NCBI GenBank assembly: GCA_025558095.1 | Contig: JAIVFI010000010.1 | Coordinates: 186,001 to 250,000 of the forward strand | Source: Hyaloraphidium curvatum SAG 235-1 | Lineage: Eukaryota; Fungi; Monoblepharomycota | Direction: 5' to 3' | DNA: 64,000 nucleotides | Part shown: in pieces, positions 12,544-24,419 of the stretch | Position numbering within the stretch: position 1 is the stretch's first letter | Layout: every line of letters starts with the position of its first letter | Made by a program: the position numbers and the translations under genes | The notes under the pieces: generated by a model | Databases searched by the model: none | Told to the model about the DNA's origin: nothing | What the model saw: only the letters and a program-made list of their open reading frames with translations

Positions 12544-13021
12544 GTCGTTGATTTGGAATGGGACTACGTTGATTGCATGGAGCGAGGCAGAATTGGTGGA
12601 TGACTCCAATCCTCACTCGGCGGGCGGTCCAGGCCCGGCAACGTCCCTCATCTGCACCCGCCGTGTCGAGGACGCTAATCCCCGACCCCGAGACCAAGAA
12701 CGGATTGGCCACAAGGTGGCTTCCGATTGCGAGCATCTTTCCCGCGCTTATTGGCATCGAGGGTGTGCCAGACCGAAGGTTCGGACTGGGACTCGACCTC
12801 ATTCACTTCACCCCCTCCCTTTCGTGCCTAGCTACAGAGCAACCTCAAGGAGACCAATCACTGAGATGCATCCCCGTAGCAGGAAAGGCGCCAGCATCCG
12901 TTCCGGTTTCCCGTCGCGGTCATTCCCAATGCTGATTGCCCCCAGCAGCGGGCGACCCAGCAAAGTCCCCGCATTTCCCCGACCGAATCCCGGCCAGACG
13001 CGGCGCCTCCCTTGCCGCGTG

Positions 13022-13930
13022 ATGTCCGACGCGCCCGCGGCGCCGGCGGACGCAATGCACGCGCGGCTGCGCCTCCCCGGCGTGCCGGGCCCGCTGCGCG
13101 CGGCGCTCTTCCACGGCGGCACGATCGCGGCGCTGTTCCTCAGCCTGCTGCTGCTCGCCCTCGCGTTCTTCTTCGCGCCGTTCGCGCTGTTTTCGTGGCA
13201 CCCAATCATGATGGCGTGCTTCGCGTTCCTGGCCGTGTGGGGCGCGCAGGTCTTGGCGGCCCCCGACGGCGCGAAAGTCGCGGACGCCGACGCGGACGAC
13301 GGGCCCGGCAGCGGACGGGACAGCATTTCCGACCTGCTGGGAAACCGCCCCGACACGGCCGCGGACCCCGAGCCCGGCCCGGAGCCGGACCAGGCGCCCG
13401 TGCTCCCCGCCGCCGCCAAGTCGTCCCTCCGCCTTCTGCCCCTGCCGCTGCTCCCCTGGTGGTCCGACTCGTCGCGCTCGGAGCGCTTCCCGCTGCACCT
13501 GGGCGCGCAGATCGCCGCTCTCGCCTGCGGGCTGCTGGGGCTGGCGGCCATCGTGGCCAACAAGATCATTGGCGGGAGGAACCACTTCAAGAGCTACCAC
13601 TCGGTCTTTGGCCTGATCACCCTGATCCTCTTCTTTGGCCAGGCGGTCTTTGGCCTGCTCGTGCGCAACGACTCGCGCGCCGCGGCCTACTTCCGCTCCG
13701 CGCACGGGCCCGCCGCCTTTGCCGCCATGCGCCGCCTGCACCGGATCAACGCCGTCGCGGCCGTGCTGCCCATGGCGGCCGTGACGCTGTCCCTCGCGGC
13801 GTACGAGAACTGGACCGCCGACGCGGCCCGCGCGGCTTTCGGGGACGCGGGGCCGGCGATGCAGGGGGTCATGGTCGCCGCGGCCGTGCTGGCGTTCGTG
13901 GGGGTGCTCGCGCAGGCGCCGTGGAGGTGA
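13022..13930 (+). CDS. Cytochrome b561 domain membrane protein
   Basis: Four heme-ligand His in FSWHPIMM, LHLGAQ, SYHSVFG and RLHRI. About six hydrophobic segments. Confidence 0.8.
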   Translation: MSDAPAAPADAMHARLRLPGVPGPLRAALFHGGTIAALFLSLLLLALAFFFAPFALFSWHPIMMACFAFLAVWGAQVLAAPDGAKVADADADDGPGSGRDSISDLLGNRPDTAADPEPGPEPDQAPVLPAAAKSSLRLLPLPLLPWWSDSSRSERFPLHLGAQIAALACGLLGLAAIVANKIIGGRNHFKSYHSVFGLITLILFFGQAVFGLLVRNDSRAAAYFRSAHGPAAFAAMRRLHRINAVAAVLPMAAVTLSLAAYENWTADAARAAFGDAGPAMQGVMVAAAVLAFVGVLAQAPWR

Positions 13931-14046
13931 TGGATTGATTATGGAGCTGCCGTTGTATTGCTGCTGGGGACAAATGGGGTGCGAACCGCAAATGACTCTC
14001 TATCAGCAAAACCACCAACATCCTTCCGTGGCCGCACCGCGGCACT

Positions 14047-15884
14047 TCACAGCTTCGACTTGATCCCCACCGCCCTCGCCAGCTCGCCGGGCCAGTTCCA
14101 CGGCGACGCCAGGTAGATGTACGCGCTCGCGTCTCCCACGTGGTCCATCTTGAACCTGCAATCTGGATGTCAGCACGTGCCCCGGTCCCCCGCATGAGCG
14201 ACACGCACCCGGTCCTCCAAACCCCGCCGTGGAACGAGCAGTGGCTCATGAGCTCGTACGGGTTGCGCAGCGGGATGCTCGGGTTGGCCACCGAGTCCGG
14301 GTGCAGCAGGTCGTGCAGCAGCAGCGCGAGGGTGATGCTCCTCGAGGTGTCCGGGGCAAAGATCTCGGCGGGGACGAAGTTGGCGGCGCCCCCGTACGCG
14401 AATCGGAAGAGGGTATTGTGGGTGACGCTCTCCGTGAACGTCATGGGGGCGACGTTCGAAGAAACCCGCACCCGGGAGTCCTCCCGGGCCACGATCGCGC
14501 GCCAGTGCTGCAGCCGCTTGGCCAGCGCGTAGTTCGGGCCCTGCCGCGTCATCAGCGCGTCCACGACCGCGAAGGTGTGCTCCCCCCCCGACGCGGGGTC
14601 GGGCACGCTGATCTCGGGCCGCACGTTGGCGGCCAGGAACGGCCTCAGCAGCGTCGAGAGCCCGAGGGAGGCGTGGTTCCGCCTGGCGGCCTCGAGCGCC
14701 TCGACGGGGATCACGTGGCAGTCGGTCGGGGTGCAGAGGTACGAGAGCATGGTCTGGGCGGGGAAGGCGGCGGCGACGGAGGAGCCGATGGCGTCCATGG
14801 CCAGGGAGACCTTGACGTGGGGAGCGCCGTCGAGGTAGGCGTAGTTGCCAACGACGATCCGGTGGGCCGGATCCTCCTCCACGAGAGGGGTGAGCAGGCT
14901 GAGCAGCCACTGCGGATGGGGGGCGGGATCAGCGATCAAACATCCGGGCAGACCGGGACCAGCCACCCACATTGCGAATCTCCGGCGTCTCCGTGATCAT
15001 GTTCTGCCCCATGCCCGTACCTTTCTCCGTGTCCGCGGTCGCTCCCGGTCGGATGGCGTACCGGAACCTCCCTCCGGTCTTTTCCGCCGCCTTCTTCTTG
15101 AGGTACCGGAAGATCCCCCTCCACACCTTGGGCCTGTCCAGGTCCACCCCGATCACGCTCACCCCCAGGTCGATCAGCTCCCTGAAATGCCCCATGGCCG
15201 CGCCGCACCCCAGCAGCACGAACGTGACGTTGCCCCTCCCGCCGGGCCGGTACCTGATCGCCTCGAGCCACTCGGCCTGGTTCCGCACCAGCGCCTCGAT
15301 CGCGTGGCCCGCAGACGGCTCAATGGTCCCGTAGTCCTCCCACTTCCGCGCGGCGGCGAGGAGCGAGTCCCCCGAGAGCTCGGCGCCCTTGTACGGCACG
15401 CGGTAGGTCTGCGGGGCGGAGGGGCCGCGCTCGAGGACGATCTCGCCGGTGCCGAAGGGCTGCTCGCGGTACCGGTCCATGGCCTCCCGCAGCGATACGG
15501 TGGGCTGGCCGGGGCGGACGAACTCGAACTTGTCGTGGCAGTACTCGAGCCCGGCGCGGGCCATCTTGAGCGTCTGCGGTGCAAACGGACTGATCAGCCT
15601 CCGATAGGCCCCCCGAATGCCGCGGAATCGCAACCCACGTCCTCCCTGCCGCCGACAACGGCCCTCTCGACGTGGCCGACGACGTGCTTCACGTATCCGT
15701 CGCGCCAGTTCCGCTCCTTCATCACCCTGTCGGCGGCGTCGGGGTCCACGGCGCCGACGGCTGCCGCGAGCGTGGCCTTGTTGCCGTACGTCGAGCCGCG
15801 CTCGGCCGCGCCGGGCTTGGCGGAGGGCTCGGCGGGGAAGACGATGCCCTCGTCGGGGTTGCGCGGGTCCGCGTGTTTCGGCAT
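14047..15884 (-). CDS. Conserved hypothetical protein with Rossmann-like motif, bacterial-like family, 4 exons
   Basis: Spliced frames 15884-, 15633- and 14972- join. Motifs FVLLGCGAAMG, GNYAYLDG, YLCTPTD, QGPNYALAKRLQHWRA, FHGGVWR. Ends ...AVGIKSKL* at 14047. Confidence 0.7.
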
Positions 15885-16132
15885 CGCGGGTCCGGGCGGG
15901 CTTGGGGAGAGGCTCGGGCTCCGGAGGCGCTAAACACCTGATGCTAGAGCGGAATCAAGTCGACGAAAGAGGAGAGCCCGTGAAATGGCGGGTCGGATGT
16001 GCGTGCCGGCTGCCCCAAAAGTGGCGGCCGGGCGGCGATGTCGGCTGGCTGGCCGACTTCCACGATCCGGGCGACCGCCGATTGTGTATTGAACGGTTCG
16101 CCCTCTATAAATCGAAGCCGTATCTAATGATG

Positions 16133-17110
16133 TCAATGGGGCGGCGCGGGATCGTCCGCCTCGCCCCCGGGATCCCACCGCACGCGCAGCGGGCAGCACT
16201 TTGCCCTCCTCCTCATGTACCCGCACGTCGCGTTCGCCTCCCGCAGCATGGCCTCGTAGTACCCCCTCGACTTGGGCCACCCCATCGCCGACCCCCGCGC
16301 AAACTTGCGCTCGGCCTCCTCGCGCGATTTCCACATGTAGTGGTACAGCGCCGCGTCGGCGTGGGTCGGGTTGGCCAGGTGGTACGGCGCCTCGCCCTTC
16401 CCGGAGCGCAGCACGGCGTCGGCGCCGGCGGCGTTGGCGGGGGGCACGGAAGCGCCGGGTTTCAGGACGGGGTGGTGCGGCGTGCGCATCCCCGCGAGGG
16501 TCTCGCACCGCACGATCGCCTTGAAGGCGGCCGACTTGAGGTGGCCGCGGGGCAGGCACGACGCGTAGCTGGCCAGCGCGCCGCCGGCGGGCCGCACGGC
16601 GTGGTCGCCGCCGGGGAAGACGACCCAGTTGAGGAAGACGGCGGTGCGGCCGGCGAAGCGTGGGGAGGCGAGGAAGGCGGGCAGCGACGGATGAGGGCCG
16701 GGCATCACGACGAACTCGTCCACGTCGATGAAGGCCATCCAGCCGCCGGGCGGGCAAAGCGGCACGCAGCGGGCGTACGCGTTGCCCTGCGGTGAGTCCG
16801 GGAACGGCACGGGCGAGTGCGTGCCGGCCGCGGCGTGCACCTCGACGTCCGGCGCGTCGAGGAACGCGGGCCGCGGGCCGTCCGCGATGCCGTCGTCGAA
16901 CAGCACGAATTTCGAGACGCCGATGAGGCGGTGGAAGTCGAGCCACTCGGGCAGATCGGCCTCCGCGTCCTTGGCGATCGCGCAGATGTGCACCGGCGGG
17001 AAGGCCGGCGCGGGCCGCACTCCGCCGCGGGAAACGGCGAGGGAAACGAGGGACACCGCGGCCGCGCACAGGACGGCCAGGACGCGCGGCCGCGGCAGCC
17101 CCGGCCCCAT
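16133..17110 (-). CDS. Glycosyltransferase family 92 (GT-A fold), type II membrane protein
   Basis: N-terminal anchor, CAIAKDAEADLPEWLDFHRLIGVSKFVLFDDG, WMAFIDVDEF (DxD), HYMWKSREE. Confidence 0.78.
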   Translation of the reverse strand: MGPGLPRPRVLAVLCAAAVSLVSLAVSRGGVRPAPAFPPVHICAIAKDAEADLPEWLDFHRLIGVSKFVLFDDGIADGPRPAFLDAPDVEVHAAAGTHSPVPFPDSPQGNAYARCVPLCPPGGWMAFIDVDEFVVMPGPHPSLPAFLASPRFAGRTAVFLNWVVFPGGDHAVRPAGGALASYASCLPRGHLKSAAFKAIVRCETLAGMRTPHHPVLKPGASVPPANAAGADAVLRSGKGEAPYHLANPTHADAALYHYMWKSREEAERKFARGSAMGWPKSRGYYEAMLREANATCGYMRRRAKCCPLRVRWDPGGEADDPAPPH

Positions 17111-17201
17111 CCGCCGGAGGGGGGCAGGAGTTCGGTTGTGAGACCTCTCAACGCCCCGGGATTGTGTCGACATCCTGTCGAACATTACTGGCTGATTGGA
17201 C

Positions 17202-17714
17202 ATGGCCTGGACGATCCGGCCACTAAAGAGCGAAGCCGAGGTCCGCACGGCAGCGGAGCTCGAGGCCCTCGGCTACCCCGAGGACGAGGCCGCCTCCCTC
17301 GACACGCTCCTCTTCCGTTTCGCGGCGTGCCCACAGCTCTTCCTCGGGGCATTCGCTCCCGACGGCGATGAGCTCCTGGGCTTCATTGTGGCCACCCTCA
17401 CCGCGTCGCTGAGGCTGACGCACGATTCGATGGGCACCCACGAGCCCGGGGGGACAACCGCCGCGGTGCACTCGGTCTGCGTCGCCAAACAGCATCAAAG
17501 GCGGGGCATCGCGCTCGCGCTGCTCGCTGCGTTCCGCCGGCAGTGCGATGACCTCAATAAGGAGGGGTGGAAGGTGGAACGGATCGCGCTGATCGCCAAG
17601 GAAGGGGTCGTGCCCCTGTACGAAAAGGCGGGGTTCGTGCTGCTGGGCAGGAGCGAGGTCGTGCACGGGCAGGACCCGTGGTTCGAGCTGCAGATGGAGC
17701 TGGGGAACCCGTAG
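17202..17714 (+). CDS. GNAT N-acetyltransferase (PAA1/arylalkylamine N-acetyltransferase-like)
   Basis: LEALGYPEDEAAS, HSVCVAKQHQRRGIA (acetyl-CoA motif A), LYEKAGF, HGQDPW. Confidence 0.88.
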   Translation: MAWTIRPLKSEAEVRTAAELEALGYPEDEAASLDTLLFRFAACPQLFLGAFAPDGDELLGFIVATLTASLRLTHDSMGTHEPGGTTAAVHSVCVAKQHQRRGIALALLAAFRRQCDDLNKEGWKVERIALIAKEGVVPLYEKAGFVLLGRSEVVHGQDPWFELQMELGNP

Positions 17715-17821
17715 GGGGAAGCTGGGGCTCGAGCGGTCTCCGATTACGACAAAGCCGACCAACTCGCTATAGTTCCAACGACCGCGTCTCGGCCCCTTTT
17801 TCCATCTGCCGCCTTCCATGC

Positions 17822-20800
17822 CTAAATGCCCAGGCTGTCCTCGAGGTACCTCACGTACGCCTCGCCCTCGAGCGGATCCCTGGTCCATAGCGTCGGCACC
17901 TCGCTCCTTTTCCTGTTCCTCCGCCGCCCCTCGTCCCACTTGTTCCTGTGCGGAATGTCCCCCCTGAACTCGCCCGCGTGGGCGAGGAACCCGTCCACGC
18001 CCTCGGGCACGAACTGCAGGTCAACCGTGACGTTGGCCCCCCCGAGCGCGCCGACCCCGCGGTACATCTTCGCGCCGGCCAGCAGCGCGCGGACGGCGGG
18101 GTCGGCGAGCACCGCGCGGATCTCGGGCAGGGGGTCGTGCGGGTCGGCCAGGGCCGGGGAGGTGTCGGAGAAGGGGGAGTAGGGGAGGGTGCGCTCCAGC
18201 TGGCGGCGCCGGCCAAAGACGCTGGTGAGGACGGGTTTGATCGACGCCAGGAAGAGACGCGAGGCTAGAAAAGAACGGCGTTGGAGGGCGTCGGGAAGGA
18301 GTCCTTTGTGTGCCGACTCACCGGTGCCGAGCAAGTCTCCCAGGTCGACCTCGAACCCCACGGTCCATGGGCGACTCGCCAGCTCGCCCCTGATATCGCA
18401 GTAGAACCTTCCGGCCGCCGCCGTCGCGCCGCTGATCCGGAAGTCGAACCCGGCCGACATCATCGAGATCGTGAAGAAGTTCAGCGCCTTGGCGATGGCG
18501 TCGAGGACCTTGGACGCGATGTCTGCGACGCCCTTTGCGACCTCGAGGACGCCCTGCGCGACCGTCATGCCGACCTGCGCGACCTCGTTGGCGACCCGGG
18601 CGGCGGCGCAGCCGACGTCGCAGATGGCGTCCGAGATCACCTCTGGAGAAGGAGGTCAGGGCACGGTCACAGGCAAAGCGGCCGAGCGACCGACCGCGGA
18701 TGGTGTCCCACGCCCGGCAGATCCAGATGATGATCTGCTTCACGAGCTCGCACATGCCGGAGATGAACTGCAGCGGATCGGATCAGAAGATGCACGGTCG
18801 GCTTTGGCGCTACGCACGTTCTTCCCATGGCAGAACAGGTCCCACCAGGGGCACGGCGACGGTTCGGGGCACTTGATCTGCATGGCCCAGCCTGGTTTCG
18901 CGAAATGAGCGTCGGGGAGCAAGCGCGGCACGCGGAGCCACGCACTCGTGCACCCCCAGTACTCTTTCACTTCCTTGACGCACTGGTCCTTCCTGCAGAC
19001 TAGCGTCCGACGGTCCGTCAGCAATCCATCGGATGCGGATGGCAGAACGCGGGGATGCTCACCCGACAGCAGTGTCCGCGAGACGTCCCCGCGGGCCCTC
19101 TCGACGGATGCCTGCGCCTGCGAGACAACGTCGAGTTCAGTTCCAGAACGAGACTGCGTGTCGATCGACCAACCTCTCCTAGCTTCCGTACTCCGTCCTG
19201 ACACCAGGCCGATATCTGGGCAAGCACCTTGGAGACAAACTTCTGGGCTGGAGACGAAGGGCAGCAAGGTGAGACCTTGCAACGACGCACTCAACAGTTA
19301 TGCGAGACGCACCAACGTCCAAACCTCTGCGAATCGGCAGAGGGATTAGCCAAAGCCAGCAGAGCACAGAACGCGAGAACGTACGCAAACTCCACGTAGG
19401 CACCGACGCCCATAGACGGCCAGCCCTTGAGACTGAGGTCCGCCGAGATGTTGGCGCGGGCGGACAAGCCGAAGAACTCGCGCTCCAGGAACAGCTTGAG
19501 CCGGTTGGGCATGACGATGTCGACGATCACGGATTGCTGCGGGGTTCGCTTCAGGGTCCGCGTTCGGACGGATGCGCAAGAGAAGCTCACCGAGACAACG
19601 CCGCCGAAGAGCGAGATAAAGGCGGACCCCTGGATCGTCGGGAGCACCATCTTCTGCCCGCGGGCGTCGATGTACACGAACGGCCCCTCGTTGAGCGCGC
19701 TCCTGTTCTTTGCCAGGATGAGGATGTCGCCGCCGATGCTGAAAGCGGGATATCAGAGCGATCCATCGAATTGCGCACGGCACCTACGTGAGCGGCGCTG
19801 CGGACACATCGACCAAGAAGCCGTTGGTCGGATCCACCGCGATCTCGGCCTTTCCTTTGTAGCCTGCGCCGGGCCATCAGCACGAAGGCACTATCGCCGG
19901 CTTCTCGGGACCCACCAAACATGTTGAAGGCACCTTTGATGTTGATTCCCCGAGGGAAGACGATGCCGGGGACGGGCTCCTGCTCCGAGATCATGGAGTA
20001 GGAGGCGGTGAGGATGCCGGGGAACCCGGTCTCGGCGAGCACGGAGGGCAAAGTGACAGCGCCGTCGACAAAGGCGTCAAAGATGCTCTGGAGGACGATG
20101 TTGCGCATCTTAATGCCAAACCTGAGGGACGTTGGTCAGCCCAGGATCAGGCTTGGAAGCGAAGTGTCTCACCAGTTGTTGTCCGGGTTCTGCGGGTCGA
20201 TTCCGACGTAACTGAGGCAGCTTGCGTCAGGGTTGAAAACACACAAAGTCCAGCAGTGTACTCACCCCGATCCGGAGATGCACTTCGTCCTTGGCTTCGA
20301 AGCAACGAGCATGCAGCACCTGCAGCCGCAGGGAGAGGTCGACCGGTCCTCGTAGTAGGACCTCGCCTTGTCGCGCGCGCACATGAGTCTCTCCGTCGAT
20401 CCCGGCCCCCCGTTGGCCCTGTCCGCGTTGGGATCGAGCACCTGCTTGATCTCCGCCTCGGTCCAGTCCGTGCACCTGAATGTCCTGGGCGGCGGCAGGT
20501 CGTTGGCGTAGCACGGCTGCGGCCCGATCGCGATCTCCCCCCCGACGGTGAAGGCCGGCATCGGGAGGCCGAGGATGGGGGAGGTTGCGGTCACGCCCAT
20601 GGCGACGACGATGTTGCCGACGGCGAAGCGCGGGATGCCAAAGGCGTTGGACCACATGCCGACCATGTAGCCCTTGAGCTCCACCTTGGGAGGCGTGAAG
20701 ATGGCGGCAACTTCGACCTGCAGGCAGTCCTCCCGTTAGATGCACTGCCGCACCGATCCGGCAAGCCAACTCACTCCAAAAGTCAGCGACTGCTTCGCAT

Positions 20801-23800
20801 CGACCTTGACGCTCATCTCCCCCGTGAACGCAAGCCTCGTCTTCTTCCCCAGCACGAGCTCGAAGCCGACCTTGTTGAGCATCCAGTCGTCGTTGATCTT
20901 CAGGTTCACCACCGCGGCGCTCGCGGCGAACTCGTCCGACTTGACGCGGATCGCCGCGCGCAGGCGGGCGCTCCCGAGCAGGCCCCTGAAGGTGATGCAG
21001 ATGCTGTCGCCCTTGCAGTCGGCAGGGAAGCCGAAGTCCGCGGCGACGGTGAGGCCTTTGGTGATGGAGGTCTCCTGCGCCAGCGATGGGGTCGTCCTGG
21101 AGACGTGGGGATCAGCAAGCAGCTCCCCGAAGAGAAGGGCAGGGTCACCATTTCCAATCCGCGTTGCTGTTCAGGTCCACGCTCGAGTACGAGAGGATCG
21201 CGAACACCGCCGTGCCGGCGTTGGACGGCGCCACCGGCACCGCGTTGAAGTTCATGTCCTCGCTGCCGCTGCATGCGACCGGAACGGTCAGCCAAGCCCG
21301 GCGACGGCCCGCGACGGCGGAACCCACAGAGCCGTCAGCAGCGTGCTTATCGAGCTGAACGTCCCCGCCTCGATCACCAGCGCCGCCGCCGCGGTGCGCT
21401 TGGACTCGATCGTCCCCGCCTGCATCTCCATCGTCGCCACGGGCACGAGCGACGGCGAGCCGCGGACGCGGAACTGGTAGCTGCCCTCGCCGGCGAGCAC
21501 GGCCTGCATGAAAAAGTCGTTGATGAAGAGGTTGCCGATCGCCTGGTTGACGAAGGAGAGGTCCGCGGGGATGACGGAGGTCGCGAGCTCCGTGAGGATG
21601 GCGCCGAGGGGGAGGCGGCCGCTCTCGAGGGTGATGACGAACTTAGGCGCCCGGGGGACGAGCGCGTGCGCTGCCGGCACGGCGCCACGTGTTGCCGCGC
21701 GGGATCGCCTCCGGCGGCCGGGCACGAGCCGGTCCGGCTCCATGGTACCCGGCACCGCGAGCCGATCCTGTCCGACCGCGTCAGCCCCTTACGCTCGACC
21801 CCGGCCCAGGCAATCCACCCACCTCCCCCCTCTCCTGCATCTCGCTGCTCCACACCACGCTCCTCCTGCTCATGGAGACCTCCACCGCCGCCCGCGCCGA
21901 CACCGCCTGCCCCGCGACCTTCCACACGCCCGTGACGGCGAACGTGAAGCTGCTGGACCCGTTGGCCCGCTGGTACGACGCCTCGAAGAGCACCTCCTCG
22001 AGCCGGAAGTTGCCGCCGTCGAGGGAGATGAGCTCGCCCTTGGCCACCGTCGCGATTCTGCCGGGCGGAACGGGAGCGTCAGCGCAGAGTCCGGGGCGGT
22101 GCGAGGGGGTACCCGCATCCCGATCGAATGGTCGCACGGCGCCCCGGCACCGGGCGCGCACACGCTCCCGTACACGCTCTTCAGCGTGCCGACGGTCCGC
22201 AGTTTGGCCTGCAGCGCGGCGTCCGGGACCTCCACCGCCAGCCCCATCGAGTCGAGGAGCTGCCAGAGGCCCCATCCCAGCCCGTCGAAGTTGGCGTCGA
22301 TCCGCAGGCTGGCGTTGGTGGCGGTCAGCGTGGCAAGGGGCCCGGCGGTGCCCTGGAAGGCGGGGGAGCGGATGCGCGCGGTGCCCGTCGCGGTGCTGCG
22401 GGATCGGAGGTGAACAGACCGCCCCGGATCGCACCGCGGAAGGGAACGCACTAGAGCCCGAACTCGTAGGTGACCCCCAGGGTGATGGACGTGACGACGA
22501 CACCCCCCGCGATGGGGATGTCCGACAGCGACGCCGCGAAGCGGCCGTACTGCGCCGCCCCCGACCTGTCCGTCTGCAGGAAGAACGCCGTGACGTTCAG
22601 GGCGGGCAGGCCGCCGATGCACTGCGCGCAGATGGCCGCGGCGGCGTTCAGGTCCGAGGTGGCGAAGAGGTCCGAGGCCGTGACGAGCTGCGAGGAGGCG
22701 ACGTCCAGGCACAGCGAGGACGAGCCGATCGACACGGCCAGGGGCGGGAACTGCCCCGAGATCCCGAAGATGGCGTCCGTGGCCCCCGAAACGACGTCCG
22801 AAAACACCGCAAAGTCGTCGTCGGACATCTGCGCGCCCGCCGCGGCCGTGGAGTTGACCGCGTACACGCCGTCCGAGGCGCAGCGCTGGCACAGCTCGAC
22901 GTACGAGTTGCACGAGGCCTGCTGGCCCGCGCGGGTGGTGAAGGTCGTGCGGGTGCGGGAGCGGGTCGCGGAGGCGGTGGCGGAGGTGGATCGGGTGAAG
23001 GTGGTGGTGGTGGACGTGAGCGAGGTCGAGGTCCGCGTCGCCGTCGACGTCATCGGCATCTCCGCCGTCGTAGTCGTCGACGGCTTGGGGAGGCTCTTTC
23101 CGGCAATATCGGAGCACTTGTAGCACCAGCTCTGCGGATCGAGGTAATCGGCCGCCGTGCAGACGACCGGGTTGTTCCGCAGCCCCGTCGCGTTGGCCTT
23201 TCCCCAGAGCTCGGGGATGTCGATCCCGAAGTGGCACGCGCCCTCGCCGAAGCACCGCACATCGCCGTCCACCAGGGCGACGAGGATGTAGTACCCCTCC
23301 TCGGGCAGCGGGCAGACGCGGTAGTTGTGGTACAGGGCGGTGACCTCGGTCACGTTGAGCACGCGGCTGCGGTGCAACGGGGGCATCAGCCGATGGAGGG
23401 GAAGGGCGGCGGAGGAACCCACTTGTAGATCCGGATGTCGTCCAGGGAGCCCTGGAAGGAGGGGCCTCCGATGGATACGGCGCCGCCGCCGGTGCCGACG
23501 GCGACCCCGTTGACCTGGAGCGCGCGGACGGGTCAGTGACGCCAGCCGTAGCCCACCCCCCCGCTGTGGCGTGTGCCCACCGTCTGGTCGAACGTCTTGA
23601 CGGCATCGACGTAGAATTCGCCCTTGAAGCCGATGCTGCCCCCGAGGGTGAAGACAAGGTGGTGCCAGGTCCCGTCTGCGAAGCTGTCCGGGGGTTTGTA
23701 GAAGGCCGTCATGCTGTTGCCGCTGTTGCTCGGGTTGGTTGCAGCGAAGATGAGGAAGCCGTCCGAATAGCGCAGGTTCCACTTTGTGCCGCCCCGCAAA

Positions 23801-24253
23801 AAGGTCTGGTCGCCGGTTTTCACGGCCGTTTTGAACCAGAAGCTCAGGCTGAAGGCCGAGGCCATGTTGCCGACGGCCGAGGGCGCGGTGAAGTATCCCG
23901 AGCCGTCGAACCTGAAGGTCTTGCGGGCCGGCCACGTCGCGGGGAGGTCCTCGAGCGCCGGCTGGTTACCCGCCAGCGACGTCGGCCAGTCGCTGAAGCA
24001 GGATGCCAGCGTGTCGGCGCTGCGGGTGGGATCGTGCAGCCACCTGGCCTTCAGCGACCGCGGCGCGATCGCCATGGCAAAGGCATCGCAGGGGCCGTCC
24101 TGGGCGGCCTGGAGGGGCGGCGATGGGGGGGGGGTCAGCGGTGACGGCGGGCGGCGTCCGGGGGGGACCGACCGCTCTTGGCGCGGCGCCGGCGAAGAGA
24201 GCCGCGGCTGCCAGCAGGAGCAGGCCCGCGGCCCGCACTCCCCGTGCCGGCAT
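17822..24253 (-). CDS. Very large secreted protein: LamG domain, Cys-rich module, Thr-rich linker, long beta-rich region, C-terminal helical/Cys-rich region; many exons
   Basis: Signal peptide MPARGVRAAGLLLLAAAALFAGA. LamG motifs FRFDGSGY, FSLSFWFKT, DGTWHHLVFT, FQGSLDDIRIY. Strongly C/G-ending codon blocks linked by GT-AG introns down to ...YLEDSLGI*. It could be two genes. Confidence 0.65.
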
Positions 24254-24419
24254 CGTGCTCCTCGGGTGCCGGTGGCCGCGGGAGGCCTTGCCTTTTTGGT
24301 GGCCGGGCGGCGCGATTGGGCGGTCCAGGCTGCGGCCGATGCGGTTTCCCTACGACGATGACCGGCGGCTGGAGCGGACACACCATTGCGCCGCCGGCCT
24401 CTCTCGCTCGCACATCGCG

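Noticed and set aside
12599-12612. GGATGACTCCAATC upstream of POT copy A resembles the transposon TIR
   Set aside because: The match is short and gapped, with no partner TIR or ACT duplication, and the homologous site at copy B matches less well.
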